In this document: positions 1-9,528 of the stretch, in pieces | Layout of the letters: each line of letters opens with the position of its first letter | Numbering within the stretch: the stretch's first letter is position 1 | Source of the DNA: PVC group bacterium | GTDB lineage: Bacteria; Omnitrophota; Gorgyraeia; B26-G9 | DNA length: 64,000 bases | NCBI GenBank assembly: GCA_024231215.1 | Contig: JAAEQR010000072.1 | Coordinates: 65,210-129,209 of the forward strand | Reading direction: 5' to 3' | Notes under the pieces: generated by a model | The model's database searches: none | What the model was told of the DNA's origin: nothing | Seen by the model: the letters and a program-made list of their open reading frames with translations, nothing else | Program-made: the position numbers and the translations under genes

Positions 1-673
1 CGGGCAAACGGTTGAAGTTCAGCCAAAAGTAAAAATGAATGGTATGCCGATAACCGGTAATGTGGATTTAATTGATCGCGCTTGCATTGAATATGGAGAG
101 GGAGTGGAAATAAAGAAGGTATTAGAAGCAGTAGGTATTGATACGAATATACTTGAAGACCGGGAAATTGTGGTTCGGGTTAACAGAGAACCAAAGATTT
201 TGTCCCAGAGCAATTATCATCTGTTAGTGGACGGGCAGAGGACTGTTTTGACCACTAAGGTTTGTAATGCAAGTAATATTGAATTTCGGGCAGATAATCC
301 TCAGTTTTATCGTATAAAAGATGTGATTTCCATTCCTGCGGTGGGAAAGAGTATAACGGTACGATTAAATGACAAAGAGTACGTGATTGATGGTAAGCCG
401 GGTAGGATTTCTATGAATGGACACCTTGTTGAGCCGGAGGAGTTTTTGATTGATCGTGCGGAAATTATTACCAGTCCCGGAGAGGATGCATTTCCGATAG
501 TCTCACATATATTAAAGCATTTTCCGGTTAATCCGGAAGACCATAAAGGCGAAATTCTTAAAATTTCAGTTAATGGTAAGCCGGGAGGCTTTACTACGCA
601 ACTGTCTGAGGGGTCAGAAGTTAGGATGCATTTTACACACAGATCCAGCTCTAATATAAAGGAGTTTAGCTAA
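1..673 (+). CDS. 5'-truncated protein; C-terminal ubiquitin/ThiS-like repeats resembling the tail of long FtsA-like proteins
   Basis: Frame is open from nt 2 (GQTVEVQPKVKM...). Repeated beta-grasp-like segments (ITVRLND, ISMNG, ISVNGKPG). Family call is tentative. Confidence 0.4.
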   Translation, partial: GQTVEVQPKVKMNGMPITGNVDLIDRACIEYGEGVEIKKVLEAVGIDTNILEDREIVVRVNREPKILSQSNYHLLVDGQRTVLTTKVCNASNIEFRADNPQFYRIKDVISIPAVGKSITVRLNDKEYVIDGKPGRISMNGHLVEPEEFLIDRAEIITSPGEDAFPIVSHILKHFPVNPEDHKGEILKISVNGKPGGFTTQLSEGSEVRMHFTHRSSSNIKEFS

Positions 674-780
674 ATGCCCATCTATGGCGTTATTTTTTCA
701 CTCCCTTGTGCGGCATACTAAAATGTATGCCTCCGCGTTCGTTCAAAAATGCCTTATATCTGAACATCTTCCAACACTCC
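661..780. mobile_element. Putative non-autonomous MITE-like element
   Basis: Ends GGAGT...ACTCC with a degenerate longer inverted repeat and an internal hairpin GGCATAC-taaaat-GTATGCC. It supplies the stop codon of the upstream ORF. Confidence 0.4.
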
Positions 781-825
781 AGTAGTATATTTACCTTTCT
801 TTAAAGGTTTCTTTGTCCAAAAGTA

Positions 826-854
826 TTGACTATCTCTCTTAAATACGCTATTAT
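826..854 (+). promoter_or_regulatory. Sigma70 promoter upstream of topA
   Basis: TTGACT-17 nt-TATTAT. Confidence 0.55.
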
Positions 855-950
855 ATCAGCAATTATGGGACTGTTACAAAAAGCACATCTGCCCATTTTG
901 CAGCAGTCCCAATTATGGTATTGTTGTATTATTAATAAGGATAGGTAAGT

Positions 951-2969
951 ATGAAAAAATTAGTTATTGTTGAGTCTCCGACAAAAGCGAGAACAATCGG
1001 CCGGATTTTAGGCAAGGATTTTGTCGTATATTCTTCTATGGGGCATGTTATTGATCTCCCGCGTCGTAAAATAGGCGTGGATGTAGATAATGATTTTGCG
1101 CCAACCTATTCTATTATTCCGGGAAAGAAGAAAGTCTTATCCCAGCTAAAGAAAGAATTAAAGAATTCGGATATTATTTACTTAGCGACTGACCCTGATC
1201 GTGAGGGAGAGGCTATTAGCTGGCACTTAAAGGAATATTTGCAGAATAAGAAGAAAAAAGAAAGCCGTGAGTTTCTGAGAGTTGTATTTCATGAAATTAC
1301 TCCTCAGGCAATAAAGGACTCATTTTTGCATCCAAGGACGGTGGACCAGAGCAAGGTAAATGCTCAGCAGGCAAGAAGAATTCTGGATAGAATTGTCGGC
1401 TATGTTTTGAGTCCGTTGCTTTGGAAGAAGGTAGCTAAAGGCTTAAGTGCAGGAAGAGTACAGTCGGTGGCGTTGAAACTCATTGTTATTCGGGAGCGTC
1501 AGATCCTGAGCTTTAATCCGGAAGAATACTGGAAAATTGAAGCAGAGCTAAAGCGCAGAGAACAAGGGCTTGAAGTTTTTAAAGCAGAGTTGTCCAAGTG
1601 TGACGGAGAAAAGATCAAGATAGAAGATCAGAAAAATGCGGAGAATATACTTACAGAGCTTAAAGAACAGGAATATAATGTTGCATCTGTTAAGAAGAGA
1701 GAGAAAAAACGCAATCCTTACCCCCCGTTTATAACCAGTACTTTGCAGCAGGATGCGTTTAATAAATTAAAATTTACGGCTAGAAAGACAATGCTTATTG
1801 CCCAGCAGTTATATGAAGGGATAGAGCTTGGGGAAGAAGGCCCGATTGGTCTTATTACCTATATGAGAACTGACTCAGTGAAAATCGCAGCAACGGCAGT
1901 GGGTAACCTTAGAGAATTTATTGGCAAAGAATATGGGAAGCAGTATTTACCTGCTAAACCTAATTCTTATAAATCAAAGAGATCTGCCCAAGAGGCACAT
2001 GAGGCGATTCGTACTACTTCGGTTGTTCGTACGCCAGATCAGATAAAGGAATATTTGAGTGAAGATCAGTATAAGTTGTATGAACTTATCTGGCAAAGGA
2101 CAGTTGCAAGTCAGATGAAACCAGCGATATACTCTGCGGTTAGCATTGAAATTGGTGCGGGCAGGTATACACTTGTAACTAGCGGGTCAGTACTTATATT
2201 TGACGGATTTTTGAAGATTTATAACCGGGAAGAAGGACAGGAAAAAGGGACGATTCTCCCGGATCTTAAGAAAGGTGAAGGTCTTGATCTACTTGAACTT
2301 ATTCCATCACAGCATTTTACCCGGCCTCCAGCCAGATATTCTGAAGCGTCTTTGGTAAAAGCATTGGAAGAAAAAGGAATTGGCAGACCAAGTACCTACG
2401 CGCCGATTATTCATACATTGATCTTGCGTAATTATGTGCGAAGAGAAAAAGGATATTTGGTTTGCACAGAGTTAGGGATGAAGATAAGTGATATTTTAGT
2501 CGAGTATTTTCCGAAAATCATAAACATAACTTTTACGGCGACCATGGAAACAGAGCTTGATAAAGTTGAAGAAGGTGAGCTTGAGTGGGTTACTGTATTG
2601 AGGGATTTCTATGTACCGTTTAAAAAAAGGTTAGCTTTTGCTCAGGAAAATTTAAAAAAAGAAGTTATTGAAACAGATGAAGTTTGCGAACAATGCGGCC
2701 GGCCGATGGTGATAAAATGGTCGCGTCGGGGCAAGTTTTTAAGTTGTTCAGGATTTCCGGAATGTCGTAATGCTAAATCAATATCAAGTGGAGTTAAATG
2801 TCCTAACGAAGGGTGCGAGGGAGAGCTAATTCAACGTCGTTCAAAACGCGGCATGCGTTTTTATGGCTGCAGTAAGTACCCGGAATGTCGTTACGTATCA
2901 AGATACCTGCCTAAAGAAGGAAAAGAACAGGACGATAATCCTGAGAACCCAGAATCCAGCAACCAGTAG
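951..2969 (+). CDS. topA: DNA topoisomerase I
   Basis: LVIVESPTKA, ATDPDREGE, SAGRVQS, ITYMRTDS (catalytic Tyr), GIGRPSTY, two C-terminal C4 zinc ribbons. Confidence 0.98.
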   Translation: MKKLVIVESPTKARTIGRILGKDFVVYSSMGHVIDLPRRKIGVDVDNDFAPTYSIIPGKKKVLSQLKKELKNSDIIYLATDPDREGEAISWHLKEYLQNKKKKESREFLRVVFHEITPQAIKDSFLHPRTVDQSKVNAQQARRILDRIVGYVLSPLLWKKVAKGLSAGRVQSVALKLIVIRERQILSFNPEEYWKIEAELKRREQGLEVFKAELSKCDGEKIKIEDQKNAENILTELKEQEYNVASVKKREKKRNPYPPFITSTLQQDAFNKLKFTARKTMLIAQQLYEGIELGEEGPIGLITYMRTDSVKIAATAVGNLREFIGKEYGKQYLPAKPNSYKSKRSAQEAHEAIRTTSVVRTPDQIKEYLSEDQYKLYELIWQRTVASQMKPAIYSAVSIEIGAGRYTLVTSGSVLIFDGFLKIYNREEGQEKGTILPDLKKGEGLDLLELIPSQHFTRPPARYSEASLVKALEEKGIGRPSTYAPIIHTLILRNYVRREKGYLVCTELGMKISDILVEYFPKIINITFTATMETELDKVEEGELEWVTVLRDFYVPFKKRLAFAQENLKKEVIETDEVCEQCGRPMVIKWSRRGKFLSCSGFPECRNAKSISSGVKCPNEGCEGELIQRRSKRGMRFYGCSKYPECRYVSRYLPKEGKEQDDNPENPESSNQ

Positions 2970-2992
2970 GGACACAGTATTCTGTGTTCCTA
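2966..2992 (+). repeat. GTAG-type REP-like palindrome
   Basis: GTAG-GGACACAG-tatt-CTGTGTTCC-ta overlapping the topA stop. Confidence 0.55.
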
Positions 2993-3007
2993 GGTAATAA
3001 AAATCCT

Positions 3008-3034
3008 GTAGGGGCGGGCCTAGCGTCCGCCCGT
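3008..3034 (+). repeat. GTAG-type REP-like palindrome
   Basis: GTAG-GGGCGG-gcctagcgt-CCGCCC-gt. Confidence 0.55.
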
Positions 3035-3064
3035 AATAGAAAACAGTAAAAATCGGGTTTAAAA

Positions 3065-3937
3065 ATGGAACGTTATATCGATAAATTTTTAAATTATCTG
3101 AAAGTTGAGAAAGATTCGTCTGTTCATACTTTAGTAAATTATAGTGTGGATTTAAAAGAACTTTCTTCTTTTGTAGATCACAAAGAAATTAATGATGTTG
3201 ATGTATTGGATATTCGTAAATTTTTAGTATCCTTAAGACAAAAAGGTTTTAAGAAGGTAAGTATTGCTCGTAAAATGGCCTGTTTGAGGTCATTTTTTAA
3301 ATTTTTATGTCGAGAAGGACATTGTAAGAATAATCCGATGATTGGTTTGGTAGGTCCAAAATTAGATAAGAAATTACCAATTTTTCTGGGTGAAGATGAT
3401 ATGAGCAAACTGCTTGAATCTCCTGAGGAGAAAGATCTTGCAGGATTAAGAGACAAGGCGATATTAGAGACGTTATATAGTACCGGAGTACGTGTAAGTG
3501 AGCTGGTAGGACTTAATATCGAAGCTGTTGATTTTATCGGAGGAGTAATTAAGGTTTTTGGTAAGGGGAAAAAAGAACGGTTGGCTCCGATTGGAGATAA
3601 AGCATTGCGGGCTATAAAGAATTATTTGGATAAACGGGCTCGAGCGGGAATAGCTACTATTCGTGCTTTATTTTTAAATAAAAATAAACGCAGACTTACG
3701 GATAGGGGAGTGCGTAATATTATTGAAAAATATATAAAAGTGGCAAGTGTTCGAAACGATATATCTCCGCATAGTCTTAGGCATTCATTTGCTACTCATC
3801 TTTTGAATCGTGGAGCAGATTTGCGTTCAGTCCAGGAGCTGCTTGGGCATGCCAATCTTTCCACGACGCAGATATACACCCATTTATCCACGGAAAAATT
3901 AAAAAATGTTTATGAAAAAACACATCCGAGAGCTTAA
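3065..3937 (+). CDS. xerC: Tyrosine recombinase XerC
   Basis: LYSTGVRVSEL, GKGKKER, HSLRHSFATHLL, QELLGHANLSTTQIYTH; typical position after topA. Confidence 0.9.
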   Translation: MERYIDKFLNYLKVEKDSSVHTLVNYSVDLKELSSFVDHKEINDVDVLDIRKFLVSLRQKGFKKVSIARKMACLRSFFKFLCREGHCKNNPMIGLVGPKLDKKLPIFLGEDDMSKLLESPEEKDLAGLRDKAILETLYSTGVRVSELVGLNIEAVDFIGGVIKVFGKGKKERLAPIGDKALRAIKNYLDKRARAGIATIRALFLNKNKRRLTDRGVRNIIEKYIKVASVRNDISPHSLRHSFATHLLNRGADLRSVQELLGHANLSTTQIYTHLSTEKLKNVYEKTHPRA

Positions 3938-3949
3938 AAAGGATGAGGG

Positions 3950-5233
3950 ATGAGATTAATTTTAGACTTAATATATATTGTGCTGGCTGTTTTTTATTTG
4001 CCGGCATTGATCTTTCAGGGTAAGCATAAAACTGGATTCCGGGAACGCTGTGGGATATATTCGGAAAAAGTGAAAGCATGGCTGGCGGATGAAAAACCGG
4101 TTATCTGGGTGCATGCTGTGAGTGTGGGTGAGATAAGAGCAGCAGCTCCACTGATTAAGGTGCTTCGGGAACGTTTTCCGGCTATGAAAATCTTGTTATC
4201 TACAATTACGCCTACCGGCAACGCAGTTGCACATCAGTTAGCAACAGCAAAAGAGTTAGTTATTTTCTTCCCGTTTGACTTAAGCCAGATTGTAGCCAAA
4301 ACAATTAATCTATTTAAGCCGCGTTTCTTTTTGGTCATGGAGACTGAAATCTGGCCGAATATGATTTCATGTGTTTCGACGAAAAAAATACCGTTGGCGA
4401 TCGTTAATGGCCGGATATCAGACAAAGCATTTTCCAAATATAAACTTGGAGCATGGTTTTTTAAATTGATCCTAAAAAAAATTGATTTATTTTGCATGCA
4501 GACAGAACTTGATGCGCAAAGGATAACTCGGATTGGAGCAGACAAGACCAAAGTGCATATAACTGGTAACTTGAAATTTGATCAGATAGTCGAAACATCG
4601 AAGCATAACGATATATCTATAGGTCTAAAAAAAGAAGAAAAGCTTATTGTCGCCGGTAGTACGCATGATCATGAAGAAGAAATTATTGCGAGAGTCTATA
4701 TCAAGCTGAAGAAAACAATTCCGGATATAAGACTTCTGATTGCCCCAAGACATCCCCAGAGGACGGCGGATATTGAGCGTACATTAAAAAATTATAATTT
4801 ACGATGTGTCTATATAAGCACAATTGAGGAACACTTAAAAGACATGAAGGGGGATGAAATATTTATTTTAGATACCATGGGTGTGTTGAATGAATTTTAT
4901 GCTTTAGCAGATATTGTCTTTGTGGGAGGAAGTTTAATTCCGCATGGAGGGCATAATCCTATAGAACCAGCGTTATATGCGAAGCCGGTTATTTTTGGCA
5001 AACATATGTTTAACTTTTTAGATATCACCCGCATATTTTTAAAGCATAATGCAGCAATACAAGTAGAAGATGAAGCGTGTTTAATAGATACATTTACGGA
5101 ATTGCTTACCAATAACCAAAAGTGCCAGATTCTTGCCGAACGAGCTCAGGAGCTTGTTCTGAAAAATAAAGGAACCAGTCAACGCATTATGGGATGTTTA
5201 GAGAAGATAATCAGTAATTTGAGACTTGGCTAA
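3950..5233 (+). CDS. waaA: 3-deoxy-D-manno-octulosonic acid (Kdo) transferase
   Basis: WVHAVSVGE, ETEIWPN, TGNLKFD, AGSTH, APRHPQR, GGHNPIEPA. Confidence 0.95.
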   Translation: MRLILDLIYIVLAVFYLPALIFQGKHKTGFRERCGIYSEKVKAWLADEKPVIWVHAVSVGEIRAAAPLIKVLRERFPAMKILLSTITPTGNAVAHQLATAKELVIFFPFDLSQIVAKTINLFKPRFFLVMETEIWPNMISCVSTKKIPLAIVNGRISDKAFSKYKLGAWFFKLILKKIDLFCMQTELDAQRITRIGADKTKVHITGNLKFDQIVETSKHNDISIGLKKEEKLIVAGSTHDHEEEIIARVYIKLKKTIPDIRLLIAPRHPQRTADIERTLKNYNLRCVYISTIEEHLKDMKGDEIFILDTMGVLNEFYALADIVFVGGSLIPHGGHNPIEPALYAKPVIFGKHMFNFLDITRIFLKHNAAIQVEDEACLIDTFTELLTNNQKCQILAERAQELVLKNKGTSQRIMGCLEKIISNLRLG

Positions 5234-5236
5234 AAA

Positions 5237-5265
5237 TTGACGGTAATAATTTTTTTTGTTAAAAT
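5237..5265 (+). promoter_or_regulatory. Sigma70 promoter of bio operon
   Basis: TTGACG-17 nt-TAAAAT. Confidence 0.7.
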
Positions 5266-5296
5266 GTTAACCAAGTCTAATTTTATGGTTGACAAT
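5263..5296. promoter_or_regulatory. BirA-type biotin operator
   Basis: aaTGTTAAC-N16-GTTGACAat matches the BirA palindrome, lying between the -10 box and the bioB RBS. Confidence 0.8.
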
Positions 5297-5312
5297 GGAG
5301 GAGATAAATAAT

Positions 5313-6239
5313 ATGGGATGGGCTGGCAAAGAAGAATGGCAAGCTTTGATTGATATTTCCTTACCTGAATTAATTGCACAGGCGGATAAGGTGAGGAAGC
5401 AATATATAAGTTCGAAGATGGAGCTGTGCAGTATTATTAATGCTAAGTCTGGTGTGTGTGGTGAGGACTGTAAATTTTGCGCGCAATCTTCACATTATAG
5501 TACGGATATTTCTACGTTTTCCCTGGAAAAAGAAGATAAAATTATACAGGAAGCTCAAAAGGCTAAAGATATCGGAGCGGGAAGATTTGGCATTGTAACT
5601 AGTGGGAATAGGTTAAGTGATCAGGAAATATGTCAGCTGAGCACAGTAATTAAAAGGATAAGAAGCGAGATTGGCATTGATGTGTGTGCTTCCTTAGGTG
5701 CGCTTAAAAGAAGTGATTTTGAAACATTAAAAAAAGCCGGGCTTTCCCGCTATCATCATAATATCGAGACTTCGCGGCGGTTTTATCCTCAAGTTGTTTC
5801 AACTCATAATTATGAGGAACGAATTAATACGGTTAAGGCCGCGAAGGAAACAGGCTTGGATATTTGTAGTGGTGGAATTATCGGGATGGGAGAGAGTTGG
5901 CAGGATCGCATTGAAATGGCTTGTACTCTAAAAGAACTGGATGTAGATTCTGTGCCTTTGAATATTCTGGTGCCGATAAAAGGTACGCCTTTTGAGACTG
6001 TTTCGCCTATTTCTTGCAGTGATGTTATTCGGACAATATGTATTTTTCGTATTATTCTTAAAGACAAAACTATAAAGATTGCCGCGGGCAGAGAAGCAAT
6101 ATTAAAGGATTTTCAAGCTGCGGGTTTTATGGCGGGAGCAAATGGTATGCTTATCGGTGGTTATTTAACGATAAAAGGACGCGATGTGCAGGCAGATCAA
6201 CAGCTTTGCCGGGAAATAGAAACATTATGGAAAACATAG
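5313..6239 (+). CDS. bioB: Biotin synthase
   Basis: CGEDCKFCAQS radical SAM motif, YHHNIET, CSGGIIGMGE, DSVPLN. Start moved to the ATG after RBS GGAGGAG. Confidence 0.96.
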   Translation: MGWAGKEEWQALIDISLPELIAQADKVRKQYISSKMELCSIINAKSGVCGEDCKFCAQSSHYSTDISTFSLEKEDKIIQEAQKAKDIGAGRFGIVTSGNRLSDQEICQLSTVIKRIRSEIGIDVCASLGALKRSDFETLKKAGLSRYHHNIETSRRFYPQVVSTHNYEERINTVKAAKETGLDICSGGIIGMGESWQDRIEMACTLKELDVDSVPLNILVPIKGTPFETVSPISCSDVIRTICIFRIILKDKTIKIAAGREAILKDFQAAGFMAGANGMLIGGYLTIKGRDVQADQQLCREIETLWKT

Positions 6240-7381
6240 ATAAACTTTTACAATTTAAAAAAGAACAAAATCTTTTGCGGACTTTATATCCCGCTGATAT
6301 GAGAAAGCAGGGGCGGATAGGTTTTGGTACTCAAGATGCTGTTGATTTTTCTTCAAATGATTATTTAGGATTGTCTTCTCATCCGGCGCTTAAGGCAGCA
6401 TTTCAGGCCGCAGGTAATAAATTCGGGGTTGGCACCGCAGGGTCACGGCTTTTAAGCGGAGACCTGAAAATCCATCACCAATTAGAAGAAAGAATTGCGG
6501 TATTTAAAGGCAAGGAAAGAGCATTAGTTTATAATTCCGGATACCAGGCTAATATAAGTATCATTAGTGCTCTTGTTACTAAGCAGGATGTAGTATTTAT
6601 GGATAAGTTATCTCATGCCAGTATCATTGACGGTATAAAGTTATCTGGAGCGAGATTTTTTCGTTTTCAACATAATGATGTGGAACATTTAGAACGGCTT
6701 TTAAAAAAAGAAAGAAACAAATTTAAAGACGCTTTTATTATTACTGAAACTATTTTTAGTATGGATGGTGACCGGTGTCCTTTGCAAGATCTTGTTAGTC
6801 TAAAAAAACAATATAATTGCCGTTTATATATAGATGAAGCGCATGCTACCGGGATTTTTGGAGAAAGAGGTAGTGGTTTAGCTGAGTTAGAAGGAGTGTC
6901 CGCAGATGTGGATTTTATCATGGGAACTTTCAGTAAGGCGCTGGGGAGTTTTGGTGCTTACATTGCAGCTTCATCTAAAGTGATTGAGTATTTAATTAAT
7001 GCTTCCCGTGGGTTTATTTATACTACAGCTCTTCCAGCTGCGGTTATGTCGGCAAATTTAGCGGCTTTAGACCTTGTAGAACAAGAATCCTTCAGGCGTA
7101 AAGTTTTATTGGAAAATGCAGTGTATTTTCGAGAAGAGTTGAAAAAAAGAGGATTTCAGATAAAGGGTGATTCTCAGATTGTTCCCTGGGTGGTGGGAGA
7201 CTCTGAGCGTGCAATGAGTTTGAGCCGGGATTTGAGATCAAGAGGATATTGGGTGCTGCCGATACGGCCTCCAACTGTACCTGCCGGAGAGGCTCGTCTA
7301 AGATTTTCTTTAAATTATGACCATGATAAAGAAACACTGAAGAAATTGATTAATGAGATTGCAGAGATTAAAAATGTATAA
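6227..7381 (+). CDS. bioF: 8-amino-7-oxononanoate synthase
   Basis: FSSNDYLGL, SHASIIDG, FSMDGD, DEAHA, GTFSKALG (PLP Lys), IRPPTVP. Confidence 0.96.
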   Translation: MENIDKLLQFKKEQNLLRTLYPADMRKQGRIGFGTQDAVDFSSNDYLGLSSHPALKAAFQAAGNKFGVGTAGSRLLSGDLKIHHQLEERIAVFKGKERALVYNSGYQANISIISALVTKQDVVFMDKLSHASIIDGIKLSGARFFRFQHNDVEHLERLLKKERNKFKDAFIITETIFSMDGDRCPLQDLVSLKKQYNCRLYIDEAHATGIFGERGSGLAELEGVSADVDFIMGTFSKALGSFGAYIAASSKVIEYLINASRGFIYTTALPAAVMSANLAALDLVEQESFRRKVLLENAVYFREELKKRGFQIKGDSQIVPWVVGDSERAMSLSRDLRSRGYWVLPIRPPTVPAGEARLRFSLNYDHDKETLKKLINEIAEIKNV

Positions 7382-8066
7382 TACAAAATTTGAGCATATT
7401 GATCGAAACTATAAAGATAGTCTGGTTTTGATTCCCGGCTGGGCTACAGATTACCGTATTTTTGAATTGTTTGACTTACCATATAATTATCTTATTCCGA
7501 CGGCGTTTTGGCCGCTTGATTTTGAACAAGAGCTTCTTTTAGTACTGGCGGAAAGAAAGATAGAAGAAATTTCTTTGTTTGGGTATTCATTAGGGGGATT
7601 TTTAGCGGCAGAACTTGCTGTGCGTAATCCTGACTTAATCAGCAAGGTTGTATTAGCCGGAATAAGAACACATTATCCAAAAAAAGAAATTGGACTGGTA
7701 AAAAGACTTTTAAAAAAAGATAAAGTTGGATACCTGGATAAGTTTTATGAACAGTGTTTTTTAGATAATCAGGAATTTTTGCGTTTTAAAGAGAAGCTAA
7801 GCAAAAATTATGTTCAGGAGTTTTCATTAGAGTATTTGCTGAAAACACTAGATTATCTTGAGCAGACATCAATCGACGTAGAATCATTAAATAAGCTTAA
7901 AACAAAGGTGACATTGATTCATGGGGAAGATGATCATATTGCTCCGATTCAAGGAGCCCAGACAATAAAAAATAAGTTGAATAATTGCGGGTTTTTGTTA
8001 CTTGAAGATGTTGGACATTTTCTTTTTTGGGATAAGAAATTTAACGGATTGAATGGATTGTTATGA
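7374..8066 (+). CDS. bioH: BioH-like pimeloyl-ACP methyl ester esterase (alpha/beta hydrolase)
   Basis: IPGWA, GYSLG nucleophile elbow, HGEDD, GH; located between bioF and bioC. Confidence 0.75.
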   Translation: MYNTKFEHIDRNYKDSLVLIPGWATDYRIFELFDLPYNYLIPTAFWPLDFEQELLLVLAERKIEEISLFGYSLGGFLAAELAVRNPDLISKVVLAGIRTHYPKKEIGLVKRLLKKDKVGYLDKFYEQCFLDNQEFLRFKEKLSKNYVQEFSLEYLLKTLDYLEQTSIDVESLNKLKTKVTLIHGEDDHIAPIQGAQTIKNKLNNCGFLLLEDVGHFLFWDKKFNGLNGLL

Positions 8067-8830
8067 GCGTTAAAGAATTGATAAGAAACAATTTTTCTAA
8101 AAGCGCGTCTTCTTATGATGCATATGCACAGGTTCAAAATTTGTGTGCTCGAGAATTGGCTCAAAGGATTAATATTCAGTATCCGGGGACAATTCTCGAT
8201 GTGGGCTGCGGAACCGGTAACTTTAGCCAGCTTTTAAGAACAAAATTTGCTCAGGCAAAAATTACCGGAGTTGATATTTCCGAAGAAATGATTCAACACG
8301 CGAAAATCAGATGTAAGCAGGATGATATTAAGTTTATTGTTGCAGACGCAGAAAGAATGGATTGTTGCGAGCGCTTTGATTTAATTACTTCAAACGCAAC
8401 TATGCAATGGTTTGAAGACCTCCCCGAGGTTTTAAATAAATATAAAAATATGCTTGAAGATCAGGGAATGATAATCATTTCTTTGTTTGGGCCGCAGACA
8501 TTTAGAGAGCTAAATGTCTGCTTGCAGTCTCTATGGGGGACCGAAGATGTTATTTATTCTCAACGATTTCTGGATCAGTATGCGATTGAAGTAATATTTA
8601 AAAAGTTTTTTCAAGAAGTTTTGGTTGAAAAAATAGTGCATAAAGAATGTTTTGATAATGTATGGGATATGTTGTGCAGGATAAAATATACAGGAGTACG
8701 CGGTAATTCTTTTGCCGGGGGAAGCCTTTGGACCCCAAATAGGATTAAGCAGTTGGAGGATATTTATCGGGATAAATTCAAGCGGATAGAAGTAACGTAT
8801 GAGATGTTTTTTTGTCGGGGGGGAAAATGA
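8063..8830 (+). CDS. bioC: Malonyl-ACP O-methyltransferase
   Basis: FSKSASSYD..A.VQ, ILDVGCGTG, SNATMQW, FGPQTFREL. Confidence 0.9.
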   Translation: MSVKELIRNNFSKSASSYDAYAQVQNLCARELAQRINIQYPGTILDVGCGTGNFSQLLRTKFAQAKITGVDISEEMIQHAKIRCKQDDIKFIVADAERMDCCERFDLITSNATMQWFEDLPEVLNKYKNMLEDQGMIIISLFGPQTFRELNVCLQSLWGTEDVIYSQRFLDQYAIEVIFKKFFQEVLVEKIVHKECFDNVWDMLCRIKYTGVRGNSFAGGSLWTPNRIKQLEDIYRDKFKRIEVTYEMFFCRGGK

Positions 8831-9528
8831 CGGCAATTTTTGTAACCGGAACAGATACCGGAGTAGGAAAAACTATTGTTTGTGGGTTGTTAGGGCGATT
8901 TGCGCAGGATCAGGGGCAGCGGGTGGTTACACAAAAATGGATACAAACCGGAAGTAAGCGTTTTCCTGAGGATATTAGTCGCCATTTACAAATAATGAAA
9001 AGGCATAGACAAGATGTTCGTAAGGAGATTTCTTTTATTTGTCCCTATGTTTTTCCTTTTGCGGCATCACCGCATCTGGCTGCGACGAAGGCTTTAAAAC
9101 GCATTGATAAGAATAAAATAAAACAGGCATTTTGCCGGCTACAGCAGCAGTATGATTGTGTTGTTGTTGAGGGGATTGGCGGTGCGTTAGTTCCTTATAA
9201 TAAAAAAAGATTGGTGATTGATATTGCTAGGGAGTTAAAACTACCGGTATTGATTGTAGTGCAGAATAAACTGGGAGCGATAAATCACACTTTATTAACA
9301 ATTGAAGCTATAAAAAAAAGAAACATGAATCTAATCGGCGTGGTATTTAATACACCAGCCGGGAATGCTCAAAAAATAATTAGAGAGGATAATCGGAAGA
9401 TTATTAATGCTTTAACCGGTATAAAAGTTTTTGGGGAGTTACCATATTCCCAAAATGATGAAGTATTGTATAGTGAGTTTAGGAAATGGGGCAGGAGTAT
9501 TATCAGGAGAAGTAACGATAATGGATAA
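8827..9528 (+). CDS. bioD: Dethiobiotin synthase
   Basis: FVTGTDTGVGKT, ASPHLA, VEGIGG, LGAINHTLLT. Confidence 0.96.
   Translation: MTAIFVTGTDTGVGKTIVCGLLGRFAQDQGQRVVTQKWIQTGSKRFPEDISRHLQIMKRHRQDVRKEISFICPYVFPFAASPHLAATKALKRIDKNKIKQAFCRLQQQYDCVVVEGIGGALVPYNKKRLVIDIARELKLPVLIVVQNKLGAINHTLLTIEAIKKRNMNLIGVVFNTPAGNAQKIIREDNRKIINALTGIKVFGELPYSQNDEVLYSEFRKWGRSIIRRSNDNG

Noticed and set aside
3065-3937. Tyrosine recombinase as a phage or island integrase
   Set aside because: Length, motifs and position after topA fit housekeeping XerC; no att sites or phage genes nearby.
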